A stretch of DNA of 64,000 nucleotides from Planctomycetota bacterium. Lineage in GTDB: Bacteria > Planctomycetota > UBA8108 > SXIK01. Below, in pieces: positions 49,888-60,035 of this stretch. The stretch covers positions 3,392,001 to 3,456,000 of the forward strand of contig OZ244999.1 of the NCBI GenBank assembly GCA_965223265.1. Direction: 5' to 3'. A program made the position numbers and the translations under genes. Each line of letters starts with the position of its first letter. The stretch's first letter is position 1. The notes beneath the pieces were generated by a model that was not told the DNA's origin, searched no databases, and saw only the letters and a list, made by a program, of their open reading frames with translations.

Positions 49888-50479
49888 TACCGTCGATTCC
49901 TCCGGGGGGCTGCGCCGGCAGGGCAAGGCTCCCGCTCTCATCGCCGAACAGAATGCGGAGTCGGTCGAGCGCGCGGCGCACGAGCTTCGTCACCGCCGCA
50001 GGAGATCGGCCCATCTGGGCCGCTACGTCGCGGATCGGCATTTGTTGGATGCGCGTCATCACCAGCACGTCACGATAGTCGTCAGGAAGCGATGAGATTG
50101 CGGCCTCCAAACGTTCAAAGCGTTCGATTCGCCGCAGCGTCCGGCTTGGAGTGGGATCCGCTCCTGGTTCGTCTCCAAGCCGAGCGGCACGTCGCTTCAC
50201 TCGGCGGCCGATCTCGGCGATGCGACTATGCGCGATGGTAGCGAGCCACGCGAAGAAGGCCCGGTCCCCGTTCCAAGTGAATTCAGGCAAACGCTTGAAC
50301 GCAGCTAGAAACACATCCTGGAGCACATCCTCAGGATCGGCATAGCCGCGAAGGTGCTCTCCGGTGCGATCGCAAATGAATTTTCTCAGGCGCGGTCGGT
50401 ACTGTTCTATCAGCGCCTGAAACGCCTCTTCAACGCCGGCAGCAGCAGCCTTAACAAGAGATTCGTTGTCTTGGGACAT
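49859..50479 (-). CDS. ECF sigma-70 factor (planctomycete type, kinase-coupled)
   Basis: 'DPEDVLQDVF', 'FFAWLATIA', 'TPSR', 'LPDDYRDVL' and the HTH 'VAAQMGRSPAAV...RA'. Overlaps the kinase start. Confidence 0.92.
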   Translation of the reverse strand: MSQDNESLVKAAAAGVEEAFQALIEQYRPRLRKFICDRTGEHLRGYADPEDVLQDVFLAAFKRLPEFTWNGDRAFFAWLATIAHSRIAEIGRRVKRRAARLGDEPGADPTPSRTLRRIERFERLEAAISSLPDDYRDVLVMTRIQQMPIRDVAAQMGRSPAAVTKLVRRALDRLRILFGDESGSLALPAQPPGGIDGSGRSYQRPW

Positions 50480-50840
50480 CGGGACCCTCGGGCTGAAGTG
50501 ATCCGCTAGCGAAACCTCGAGAACAAGCGACGAGAAAGATTATGAAAGCGTAAATAAAGACATCATTGAGTGTAGGACAAATCGGGCCTCAAAGGAAGCT
50601 GCAACAGCGCTATCGGCGGGGTCACGCGGCCTGGAATCTCTTCGTAACCATGTTGATGGACGGTCGTTAGAGACGGCCGAGACGGGTGCAGTGGCCTGGT
50701 CTCAGTGCGGTCAGTTGCCCCTTATTGACCCTGAGGGGATTAAGGGTCGAGCCGGAGAATAAGGGGCCATCTCGAGGCCACTGGCGAGGCAAGAGCGTCC
50801 AAGCGGCAGAACGGCGCGCGTGGTAAAACTTGACGCCGCG

Positions 50841-52235
50841 CTAAGGCCAATCACGCAGTAGAAAATAGCACAGCAGCGTCGTCACAACCGCACCGACTAG
50901 ATTGAGCACGAAGCCTTGCTTCACCATGTCTTTGACCGTCAGCCGCCCGCTCCCAAAAACGATGGCGTTCGGCGCCGTTGCCACCGGCAGCATGAAGGCG
51001 CAGCTGGCGCTCACAGCAGCCGGGACCATCAATAACGCCGGTTCGATCCCGGCGGCGCGACCAGCCTCCGCAAGGACCGGCATGAGAAGTGTGGTCGTGG
51101 CCGTGTTGCTGGTGAGTTCTGTGAGGAAAGTGACTGTAAGTGCGACGATGAAGATCAAAGGTAGAGAAGGCCAAGTGGCGAGAAGCGACAGACGCTTCCC
51201 GAGTGCGACGCTGAGTCCGGTCTCTTGAAAGCCGGCCGCGATCGCGAGACCACCACCGAAAAGAAGGAGAAGCCCCCAGGGAATCCGCACGGCTGTCTGC
51301 CAGTCGAGGAGAGCATTGCCTGTGCCGTCGGGAATCAAAAACATCGCGCAGACCGCCACCAAGGCCACTGTGCCATCCCCGACCCATTCCGGTTGGCTCA
51401 AAAGCGAGCTCCAGCCGCCGAACGGCTCCGATCGGGTCACCCATGCGATCGCGGTGAGGCCGAAGACCGTGAGAACTCGCACTTCGGCCGGACGCCACTT
51501 GCCAGGGTGAGGAATGGTGAGTTTCTCGGCCGGCCCTAGTCTCCGGCTCAGCCAGAGCCAAGCCAACGGCACAAGGATGACGACGACGGGGACACCGATC
51601 TTCATCCACGAGAGAAACGTGATCTCGGCGGTCGGATCGACACGCTCCATGTACTGCGCTTTGAAGACCAGATTGGGTGGAGTGCCGACCGGTGTTCCGA
51701 TACCGCCGACGTTGGCTGCGTAGGCGACGCCGAGAAGCAGCGGTAAGGCGAGTTTGTCGTCGCGGCTCTGCTCGAGCACAGCCATTGCCACGGGGAGTAG
51801 CATGAGCGTTGTCGCGGAGTTCGAGATCCACATGCTGAGGACGGCCGAAGCGGTCATGAATCCTAAGACGAGCCGGCGTCCACCCGATCCACCGACCGCC
51901 CGCACCATTCCGAGGGCCAGGCGGCGATGGGCACCGCTGCTTTCCATCGCGCGGGAGAGCATGAAACCACCGAGGAGAAGAAGGATCAATCGGTGCCCGT
52001 AGGCGCCTGCCACAGCTTTCTCGCTCAGCACTCCCGTCAGCGGAAAAAGCGCGAATGGAAGCATCGACGTGGCCGGGATCGGAATCGCTTCCGTAACCCA
52101 CCACACCGCGCAAAGCGTCGTGATGGCCGCACACCAAGCCGCTTCTGACTTCGCGTCGTACGCGAGGCAGACAAGTCCGACGCAAGAGGCGATGATCGGT
52201 CCGGCGAGGAGAGCCGCTGACGTGCGGCGGTTCAT
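50841..52235 (-). CDS. SLC13/DASS family sodium:dicarboxylate or sulfate symporter
   Basis: 'WWVTEAIP', 'SMWISNSATT', 'GTPVGTPPN', 'TELTSNTATT' and 'FMLPVATAPNAIV'. Confidence 0.93.
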   Translation of the reverse strand: MNRRTSAALLAGPIIASCVGLVCLAYDAKSEAAWCAAITTLCAVWWVTEAIPIPATSMLPFALFPLTGVLSEKAVAGAYGHRLILLLLGGFMLSRAMESSGAHRRLALGMVRAVGGSGGRRLVLGFMTASAVLSMWISNSATTLMLLPVAMAVLEQSRDDKLALPLLLGVAYAANVGGIGTPVGTPPNLVFKAQYMERVDPTAEITFLSWMKIGVPVVVILVPLAWLWLSRRLGPAEKLTIPHPGKWRPAEVRVLTVFGLTAIAWVTRSEPFGGWSSLLSQPEWVGDGTVALVAVCAMFLIPDGTGNALLDWQTAVRIPWGLLLLFGGGLAIAAGFQETGLSVALGKRLSLLATWPSLPLIFIVALTVTFLTELTSNTATTTLLMPVLAEAGRAAGIEPALLMVPAAVSASCAFMLPVATAPNAIVFGSGRLTVKDMVKQGFVLNLVGAVVTTLLCYFLLRDWP

Positions 52236-52637
52236 CCTTCGGCGAGGAGGTGCGTCAGAGTTCTCTGGCTGGATGTTCACGAATTCGTGCTTCGTCAGTC
52301 CTTGGTTGGGTCGAGGTATAGCATGTTTGCCGATCGGTAGCCAGGAACGTGCTCCGAGGAGAAACACAACGAGTGGCGCCAGGGCTCGCCACTTGAGTGC
52401 TTCGAGTGTGCGACGCACGAGACCGAACATGTATCTGGCTGCACGCTCGATCGTGCGACCTTGACTTCGCTCGGACGCTGGACAAGACTTGGTGCTTCAA
52501 TGAATGACCTTCCGCCGACATCGAAACGTGATTCGAGTGGCGGCTTCTCCGCCCATCCCCTCACTCGATTGCGACAAGCGCGCTTCGCCGATGGCTGGAA
52601 CCAAAGAACGTTCACAAGATTCACCAAGCGGACTTGA

Positions 52638-55600
52638 TTGATGGTTTTCGATTGCATCGCGAGCCGTTGCGACTGCAGCAAGTTGCCTTCTCTTGCCGGT
52701 CCGGTCATCGCACTCTTCACGCTTCTCGTGCTAGGGGACGCGTGCTTTTCCACGGAGACGCCGACCTCGGAAGCAACCATCGAGCGTCAAGTCGAGTGGA
52801 GCACGTCGCGTGTTGTGGGCACCCCAGAGCCGCCCCGGCCGTACGCGGCCGAACGCGTCTTTCCAAACCTGCAGTTCGTCAATCCCGTCGTGGTGACGCA
52901 GCAGCCGAATCTGCAGCGCCTCTTCGTCGTCGAACAGTTGGGGAAAATCTTCAGCTTCCCAAGCGACCGCGATGTCCTGCGCCCGGACCTGGCAGTCGAC
53001 GTCGCGTCGATTGGCGGCGTCACGGCCGTCTACGGTATGGAGTTTCACCCGCGCTTCGCCGACAACCGCTTCGTGTTCATATGCTACGTCAGCCCGCAGC
53101 GAGATCCACATGGGACAAGCGTATCGCGATTCGAGGTGACGGAACTCGATCCACCGCGAATTGATCTGGCGACGGAGCAGCAGATCATCACATGGGTCTC
53201 GGGCGGTCACAATGGCGGCTGTCTGAAGTTCGGCCACGACCGAATGCTCTACATCTCCACTGGAGATGCGACGGCACCGTTTCCGCCAGACGGTTTGAAT
53301 ACGGGGCAGGACAACAGTGACCTTTTGTCGGCAATCCTGCGCATTGATATCGACCGTGCGGCAAGCGGTCGAGCCTACTCAATCCCTGCTGACAACCCTT
53401 TCGTTGCCCTCGAGACCGAACGCGCCGAGGTTTGGGCCTACGGTTTTCGGAATCCCTGGAAGATGAGCTTTGGGCCAAAGGGGCACCTGTGGGTCGGCGA
53501 CGTGGGCTGGGAATTGTGGGAGATGATCTACCGCGTCAAATCTGGTGGAAACTACGGTTGGAGTGTGATGGAAGGTCCGCAGCGTGTGAAGCCAGACGAT
53601 CGCATCGGCCCAACTCCGATTCTTCCTGCGACCGCTGCACACTCGCATACCGAAGCGAGGTCCATCACCGGTGGCATGGTCTATCAGGGGGCGCGCCTGC
53701 CCGAACTACAGCATGCCTACATCTATGCTGACTACGAGACAGGGAAGATCTGGGCGCTGAGCATGGCTGGAGACGAGGTGACCTCGATCGATGAGATCGC
53801 TGACTCGACGCTACGGATCGTCGCGTTCGGTGAAGACTATCGGGGCGAGCTCTTTTTCGCTGCACACCAAGGTGGAGGCCTGTACCGGCTGCGGCGAACC
53901 ACCGTCGACGCCGGTACCCCGACGTTTCCGCAGACTCTCAGCGCGACGGGAATCTTTCGGGCGCTGTCGGATTTGGAACCCGAGAGCGGAGTGTACGAGT
54001 ATCGCCTGAGTGTCGAACCATGGATGAACGGAGCGACGGCGGTACGGCACGTTGCAGTTCCCGGTAGCGCGTCGATCGATGCCAGTTCGCCGCTGACATG
54101 GAGTTTTCCAGCTGGAACCGTTTTGGTGAAAACACTGTCGATGGAAATGGAAGTTGGCAACCCTGCGAGCGCCCGTCGCATCGAGACGCAGCTTCTCCAC
54201 CGCGGGGATGACGCGGAGTGGCGACCGTACACCTATGCGTGGAACGAAAACCAAACGGACGCTCGGCTTGTTCCGGCCAGTGGAGAAAAAGTCGTTCTTC
54301 CAATTGTCGATGCTTCGTCACCGCACGCCTCAACCCCTCGACGCTTCACGTGGCGTTTTCACAACCGGACGCTCTGTCTGATTTGCCACAACACGTTTAG
54401 CCATTCTGTGCTCGGCCTGAACTCTCGTCGACTCAACCGAGATGTCGAGCCCGCAGATCATCGCATCAACCAATTGGAATACTTTCAGCAGGTCGGTCTA
54501 CTGCAGAACGCATACGAGACGAGTCCTGCCTCTGTGGCGACTCTTCCTGACCCCATCGACTCGTCCGTGCCGGTCAGTTTGCGGGCGCGTTCCTACCTGC
54601 ATGCAAACTGCGCCCACTGTCACCGCCGTCATAGCGGCGGGACCTCCGCCGTCGAGCTGCCCTTCGAGACAGATCTCGCGAAGACGCACACTGTCGGCGT
54701 CAGACCCGGGCTCGGGGCATTCGGCATCGACGACGCCGCGATCGTTAGCCCCGGCGATCCTCACCGTTCGACGCTCTTTTACCGATTCGTCACTTCCGGT
54801 GCAGCCCGCATGCCGCGCCTCGGCTCAAGTGTGGTCGACCTGAAAGGAACGGAACTTCTTCATGAATGGATCCGATCGTTGCGCCCTGCCGTCGGCGATG
54901 GCAATTCTGCGCCGAAAGGCGCCGAGGCTGACAACGTCGCCAGCGAATCTCGCGGCAAAGCGTTGATGAAAGAGCGCGATGAGCTCACCAAGATCTTGCG
55001 ACAGGCTTCCGAGGATGAGCGTCAACGTGTCATCGCGCGCCTTCTCGCAACGACCAGTGATGCTCTCCGACTGGTACTCCTGATCGATACCGGCGTGGTC
55101 GAAGCGACGATCGCGGACGAGATCGTTCAGCGTGGACTGGAAGCTGAAAGCGCGTACGTCCGCGCGCTCTTCGAACGTTTTCTTCCTGAAGAAGCCCAGG
55201 TCGACCGGTTGGGTGAGTCGTTCGAGATGGAGGAAGTGTTGTCGCTCATCGGCGACGTCGATCGCGGGGCGAAGCTCTTTCGTGGTGAGGGGGCGGCGCG
55301 CTGCGGGGACTGCCACAAGGTGCACGGAAGTGGACAAGACGTGGGGCCGGATCTGACAGAGATCTCTAAAAAATATTCTGCACGAGAACTTCTCGAGAGC
55401 ATCGTCGACCCGTCAAAGAAGATCGAGCCGGCGTACGTCTCTTACGTGTTGATCACGACAGGCGGCACGGTCGTCACGGGGCTCCTCCTCGAACGCAACG
55501 ACAAGCGGGTCGTGCTCAAGGAGAGCAACGGAGAGGTCGTGGAAGTTGTCGCCACCGACGTTCAGGCGTTGTCACCGCAGCAGGTGTCACTCATGCCGGA

Positions 55601-55712
55601 GATGCTGCTTCGGGACATGACAGCGCAGCAGGCGGCAGACCTCCTGGCTTTCTTGCTGGCGACGACGAACACGGGGGTCCAGAGTGCCGCGCCGGATGCC
55701 GGTGGCCGTTGA
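52638..55712 (+). CDS. PQQ/GSDH-type sugar dehydrogenase beta-propeller fused to c-type heme domains
   Basis: 'GHNGG', 'WAYGFRNPW' and 'GGNYGW'. Three CxxCH motifs (CLICH, CAHCH, CGDCH) and a planctomycete heme-binding tail 'GPDLT...LLESIVDPS...SLMP'. Confidence 0.9.
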   Translation: MMVFDCIASRCDCSKLPSLAGPVIALFTLLVLGDACFSTETPTSEATIERQVEWSTSRVVGTPEPPRPYAAERVFPNLQFVNPVVVTQQPNLQRLFVVEQLGKIFSFPSDRDVLRPDLAVDVASIGGVTAVYGMEFHPRFADNRFVFICYVSPQRDPHGTSVSRFEVTELDPPRIDLATEQQIITWVSGGHNGGCLKFGHDRMLYISTGDATAPFPPDGLNTGQDNSDLLSAILRIDIDRAASGRAYSIPADNPFVALETERAEVWAYGFRNPWKMSFGPKGHLWVGDVGWELWEMIYRVKSGGNYGWSVMEGPQRVKPDDRIGPTPILPATAAHSHTEARSITGGMVYQGARLPELQHAYIYADYETGKIWALSMAGDEVTSIDEIADSTLRIVAFGEDYRGELFFAAHQGGGLYRLRRTTVDAGTPTFPQTLSATGIFRALSDLEPESGVYEYRLSVEPWMNGATAVRHVAVPGSASIDASSPLTWSFPAGTVLVKTLSMEMEVGNPASARRIETQLLHRGDDAEWRPYTYAWNENQTDARLVPASGEKVVLPIVDASSPHASTPRRFTWRFHNRTLCLICHNTFSHSVLGLNSRRLNRDVEPADHRINQLEYFQQVGLLQNAYETSPASVATLPDPIDSSVPVSLRARSYLHANCAHCHRRHSGGTSAVELPFETDLAKTHTVGVRPGLGAFGIDDAAIVSPGDPHRSTLFYRFVTSGAARMPRLGSSVVDLKGTELLHEWIRSLRPAVGDGNSAPKGAEADNVASESRGKALMKERDELTKILRQASEDERQRVIARLLATTSDALRLVLLIDTGVVEATIADEIVQRGLEAESAYVRALFERFLPEEAQVDRLGESFEMEEVLSLIGDVDRGAKLFRGEGAARCGDCHKVHGSGQDVGPDLTEISKKYSARELLESIVDPSKKIEPAYVSYVLITTGGTVVTGLLLERNDKRVVLKESNGEVVEVVATDVQALSPQQVSLMPEMLLRDMTAQQAADLLAFLLATTNTGVQSAAPDAGGR

Positions 55713-55746
55713 GCGTATCCGGACCGAGCTTATTCTCGGTGAGCGT

Positions 55747-57606
55747 TCACCGCTCGCTGATCGTAACAAGCGCCTCTGTCACCGGGCCATAGTCTCGGGC
55801 GTCTACCGAGACCTGAGCGGTTAACAAGTGGCGCCGATTGAGTCGATTGCTCGTGGCTGCAGCGATAGAGAAAGTGACCTCACCTTTTGCTTCTGGCTCC
55901 AACGTGATCTGTGCGCTCCGAGGTCGACAAGAAAACTCCAGCTCGCCACCTCTCAGATAGAGATTGAAGGTCGCGGTCCGGTCGAACGAGTTTCGCAATT
56001 CGACGGTGACCGGCATCTCGGTTCCAGCCGAGTCGAGACTTATCTGATAGGGGAGAATGCGTGCCCAGAACAGATCGATTCCGAGATCTGCAGGTTCCGG
56101 AAGGAGCTTTCGCCAGAGCGACTCCTTCTTCTCGATATAGCCTCGATGTTCAGCGAACGCTTCGTCGGGGATCTTCCAGTAGGGGCCGTGACCCGGGCAG
56201 AGGAGGTCTGGTCGTAGGCGATCAAATTCGTCGGCGCACTTTCGATGCATCGACAGCGTTAAAGAGTTGCGCAGAACGGTGTTGACCATCCACTCACGTT
56301 GACGATCCGGTAGATAGCGCTTGAGTGGATAACTGCTGTCACCACTGAATAACACCCTGCGCCCATCGATCTCACCGAGGATCGCCGCATGGAACTCGGT
56401 TTGCCCAGGGTAGAAGACAATCTCTAGCGGAAACTCTTCCCATGTGAAAGAATCGCCGTCTTGAAAACGTCGATCGATACGAATCGGATCGGGAAAAAGG
56501 CAGGGCGTATTCCAACGCTCCGGAGATTCGAGCACCTTGGCGACATCCTCAAGTGCCCAGCACTGCGTGTTGTGGTGTCGTTGAAGGTGGGGTATGCCGC
56601 ACACGTGATCGTCGTGAATGTGAGTAGGAATGACGAGGTCGAAGCTTGAGATGCCCCAGCGCTCGCGTAGTTCATCCAAATGATGTTCTATGAAGCGGAG
56701 CGTCGCGAACGGCTCCGGCGAGTGCAGTGCCGTCATAAACGTAGTGTGAGACGGATGGGGGTAGTCGATAAAGAGGGCTCGTCCTGTGTCGGACTTGATT
56801 ACGTAGAAGTTCGAGCACGTCTCACCGCTTCCCCATAGCAGGTGAGGCGAGATCTCCTCCATTTCGATCTCATGTGCGAAGCGGTGTCCGACTCGGTCGG
56901 TTTGCAAGTCCATGAGTTCGTGCAGTCGCGCGTCGAGAAGATCGATGCAGGGTTTGGGGTCGTCGATCAGCGGCCCGTGTGACGGCAAAACGATCTCAGG
57001 TTCCTCTTTTTTCAGTGCTTGGAGCGACTGTGCCACCCAGTTTGCACCGACGATGTCGCCGTATTCGTACTCAAGTGCGTGGAGTTGGTAGAGCTTGCCG
57101 CCGGCGTGCAGGAGGTCCCCGGTGAAGGCCACGCGACGACCGTCAACGGCGCCCACCAGTGACACGCTGCCGAGGGTGTGGCCTGGAGTCGGGAGAACGA
57201 AGAACTCGTACGTCCCCCAGTCGAATTTCTCATAGTCGAGAAGCGACGCTTGAACGGGCACGCTCTCCCCGAGAGAGAAGAACGTGCTGCGGTCGTTGTA
57301 GTTGTCGTAGATCCGTTTCTGCTGCCAATAGTCACTGGCGTTCTCGAAGAGATAGCGTTCGTGCTGCGGTACGGCGAGCCGGGCCCCCTTGCTAGCGAGC
57401 TCGCCGGCGCCGGAGCATTGGTCACGGTGGTGATGTGTGAACAGCACCCAGTCGATACTTGCGACTCCAGCAGTCGAGGCGAGCGACTCGATGTGGCCGC
57501 TGCCGCAATCGATGACGAGCCCACGCGTTCCGTCGCGAACGAGGTAGGAATTGCAGGTATCTTCGTAGACGAAGAGGTTGGGTAGAATCTGTCTCAGGTT
57601 GGACAT
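55747..57606 (-). CDS. Tandem metallo-beta-lactamase-fold hydrolase
   Basis: Domain 1 has 'THHHRDQ', 'TPGHT', 'FTGD' and 'PSHG'. Domain 2 has 'THIHDDH', 'FSGD' and 'PGHG'. Start at ATG 57606. Confidence 0.85.
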   Translation of the reverse strand: MSNLRQILPNLFVYEDTCNSYLVRDGTRGLVIDCGSGHIESLASTAGVASIDWVLFTHHHRDQCSGAGELASKGARLAVPQHERYLFENASDYWQQKRIYDNYNDRSTFFSLGESVPVQASLLDYEKFDWGTYEFFVLPTPGHTLGSVSLVGAVDGRRVAFTGDLLHAGGKLYQLHALEYEYGDIVGANWVAQSLQALKKEEPEIVLPSHGPLIDDPKPCIDLLDARLHELMDLQTDRVGHRFAHEIEMEEISPHLLWGSGETCSNFYVIKSDTGRALFIDYPHPSHTTFMTALHSPEPFATLRFIEHHLDELRERWGISSFDLVIPTHIHDDHVCGIPHLQRHHNTQCWALEDVAKVLESPERWNTPCLFPDPIRIDRRFQDGDSFTWEEFPLEIVFYPGQTEFHAAILGEIDGRRVLFSGDSSYPLKRYLPDRQREWMVNTVLRNSLTLSMHRKCADEFDRLRPDLLCPGHGPYWKIPDEAFAEHRGYIEKKESLWRKLLPEPADLGIDLFWARILPYQISLDSAGTEMPVTVELRNSFDRTATFNLYLRGGELEFSCRPRSAQITLEPEAKGEVTFSIAAATSNRLNRRHLLTAQVSVDARDYGPVTEALVTISER

Positions 57607-57658
57607 CGAATCATTCCCGAACTGATTGCATTGAGGCAGGCGCGACTGCCGGAAGCAT

Positions 57659-58438
57659 CTACGTTCCGGCTCGTCGCCATCGATCAAAAGCTCCGGCAGT
57701 CTCACGCATACCGTTTGCGAGGAGGCCACCATCGGAGCCACACGCGATGAAGGTGAACCCTTCGTCGATGTAGCGCCCGATATCGGCCGGTTGGGCAACC
57801 AAGATTCCAGCCGCCTTCCCGGTAGCTCCACAAGCGGCAACGACGCGTCTGGTCGCCGCGCGAAAATCCGGGTGATCGAAGTTCGAGCGCTGGCCAAGTG
57901 CGACGCTCAGATCAAGCGGCCCGACGAAAAGGCAGTCGATGCGCTCAACAGCTGCGATCTCTTCTGCATTTTCGACGCCGTCGACGGTCTCAATCTGAGC
58001 CACCAGGAGCAGGTTGTCATTGACCGTGGTGAAGTAGTTGTCGAAATCGGATCCGAACGTTGAGGCGCGGGTAAAACGCGCCACTCCGCGCTGTCCGTTC
58101 GGTGGATAGAGAGCCGTAGTGACGACCTTTTCCGCCTCCCCAGCTGTGCTAACAAACGGCACCATAAGCCCGGCGGGCCCCAGATCGAGGATGCGCTTGA
58201 ACGTCGCCGCAGAGCATTCGGGGACGCGTACGATCGGGCTCGCGTTGCTAGCCTGAACTGCCTGCAACTGCTGCACGAGCTGCTGGCGGCCTCCGAGTCC
58301 GTGTTCTAGATCGAAGAGGAGCCAGTCAAATCCTGCTTGAGAGCTGATTTCGGCGACGGCGCTTGAGCCAAGGCCGAGGAACGTGCCGGCGAGCACGCGC
58401 GACTCGAGCGCCGCCTGTCGAATCCATGGAATCGTCAT
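57659..58438 (-). CDS. HpcH/HpaI aldolase family protein
   Basis: 'GFDWLLFDLEH', 'YPPNGQRG', 'QIET' and 'LFVGPLDLS'. Confidence 0.93.
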   Translation of the reverse strand: MTIPWIRQAALESRVLAGTFLGLGSSAVAEISSQAGFDWLLFDLEHGLGGRQQLVQQLQAVQASNASPIVRVPECSAATFKRILDLGPAGLMVPFVSTAGEAEKVVTTALYPPNGQRGVARFTRASTFGSDFDNYFTTVNDNLLLVAQIETVDGVENAEEIAAVERIDCLFVGPLDLSVALGQRSNFDHPDFRAATRRVVAACGATGKAAGILVAQPADIGRYIDEGFTFIACGSDGGLLANGMRETAGAFDRWRRAGT

Positions 58439-58461
58439 GTTCTGTGCTTCGCCACCGCGCC

Positions 58462-59829
58462 CTATTGACTTCTATGAGAAGGAGCTTTCGTCGGGGTGCT
58501 CGGTCTCGGCCCCCCCGGTTCGATCCATTTCGGCTCGGGCATATCCTCGGTAATGATCTTCCACGTTGCACCCATTTCGCGTACCGCGCGGAAGTCCTTC
58601 GGTCGATACGAGAAGTGAAGCTGCGGCGTCTGAATGACTGCTCCGCCGCGATGTCTCGACTCCATCATGGCGTCGAGCATACCGGTCACGAGGAGGGTCC
58701 GCTCGGCTGGGTAAGGGGCCTCGCCGGTGACGATGTGCAGCTGAATCGCCCGCGAGAGTGCTTTGAACAGGTTTCGATTACGCCATGGTCCGACGTAGTA
58801 GCTCGTGGCGAGTGGGTTCGTTTGTCCTTCAACGTAGCACGCAAAGTTCCAACGAAAATCATTGCTACCGATGCGGATGACCGTCGCCTGCAAGCCATCA
58901 CGGTAAGTGACGATCGTGGCATGCGAAGGGCGAGCCGAACCGTCAAGCGGCTCGACGAACTTGCGCAGCGGGCGTGCCTCGCCGAGCTCGGCGAGCATTG
59001 CCGCTTCAGCTAGTTCGAAAGACCAGCGCCCGTTGTCCGCCGCCTCCCAGACGGCGTCGCCTTCGAGGAACTCGACTTTCTCCACACCAGTCTCACCGCC
59101 GGCGCGAAACTCGATCAGCGACTGTAGAACCTCCATGATGTGAAAGTCATAGATTTCCAAGGGGCCACCGTGGATCGCCACGGCTTCCTTCAATTTCGCT
59201 CCGCTCGGGATGTCGATAGGGGGGCGTCGCTGCGCGAGCGGCACCGAACTACCCGCAAGAAGTGGCGCGTTGTGGCGCTTGGCCGCTTCGACCATCTCTT
59301 TGGCCCAGTCCCAGCGATACGAAAGGTGCTTGTCGTTGAAGACCGGGACGGACCGCCCGCTTCTGTCGAATACGGCGATGATTTCGTCGAAGAATCGTTT
59401 CCTTGGGTAGAGGATCTGTCCCTTTTCGTTGCGTGGGTAGTTGCCAAACTCGGCGATCGAGAGCACGCCGTCGACGGCAAGTGTGTCACCACCGAGACAG
59501 AGAGCCGCCTCAATCGTCGGATAGATCGTGATGCCGTACTCCCTAGCTACGCGCCCCGACATATCGCCGCTTTCAGGATTCTGATCAACGTAGAAGCTCA
59601 CGACGTCAACGCCAGGGTCTGTGAGCTCGCCGTTAAAGTAGTAGTGCTCGAGGAAGTTCTCGAGGATGACGTGGGCGTGCGATCGATAGGTGAACTCAGT
59701 GATCAACGCCGCCACCTTCGGACGAGAGGCGTCGGCAGCGAGTGGGCTTGTGAGGAGAAAGAGAGTAAGCACCCAGAGCGAGCTGCACTGAAGCGTGCGT
59801 CGGTAGACGTCTGGTTGAAAGTGATTCAT
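58462..59829 (-). CDS. Conserved secreted protein with a possible Gfo/Idh/MocA-like fold
   Basis: Signal peptide, then 'SHAHVI', 'VPVFNDKHLSY', 'AGSSVP', 'YDFH' and 'PYPAERTLLVTG'. The ORF-track N-terminus upstream of 59829 derives largely from MITE B. Confidence 0.75.
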   Translation of the reverse strand: MNHFQPDVYRRTLQCSSLWVLTLFLLTSPLAADASRPKVAALITEFTYRSHAHVILENFLEHYYFNGELTDPGVDVVSFYVDQNPESGDMSGRVAREYGITIYPTIEAALCLGGDTLAVDGVLSIAEFGNYPRNEKGQILYPRKRFFDEIIAVFDRSGRSVPVFNDKHLSYRWDWAKEMVEAAKRHNAPLLAGSSVPLAQRRPPIDIPSGAKLKEAVAIHGGPLEIYDFHIMEVLQSLIEFRAGGETGVEKVEFLEGDAVWEAADNGRWSFELAEAAMLAELGEARPLRKFVEPLDGSARPSHATIVTYRDGLQATVIRIGSNDFRWNFACYVEGQTNPLATSYYVGPWRNRNLFKALSRAIQLHIVTGEAPYPAERTLLVTGMLDAMMESRHRGGAVIQTPQLHFSYRPKDFRAVREMGATWKIITEDMPEPKWIEPGGPRPSTPTKAPSHRSQ

Positions 59830-59853
59830 GTTTCGTGGTGATCCGTGGCTGAA

Positions 59854-60031
59854 CAGTCCGTTGAGAAAATGCTTCGAGCCGAAAACTGGTCTCTTCGCGT
59901 CCAGATCGGCCGCGTCAAACGCAGGCAATCTTCGCGCCCTCTTCTTTCGATTCTGATGGCGAGTATTGACGCGGCCCGTCTGGGCGTGAAGAGGTCAGTT
60001 TCCTCGGCCGAATGACTTTTTCAATGGGCTG
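59854..60031 (+). mobile_element. MITE family B, full copy with a small internal insertion
   Basis: TIRs CAGTCCGTTGAGAAA and TTTTTCAATGGGCTG. The body is nearly identical to the 39898 copy. Confidence 0.88.
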
Positions 60032-60035
60032 TCAA

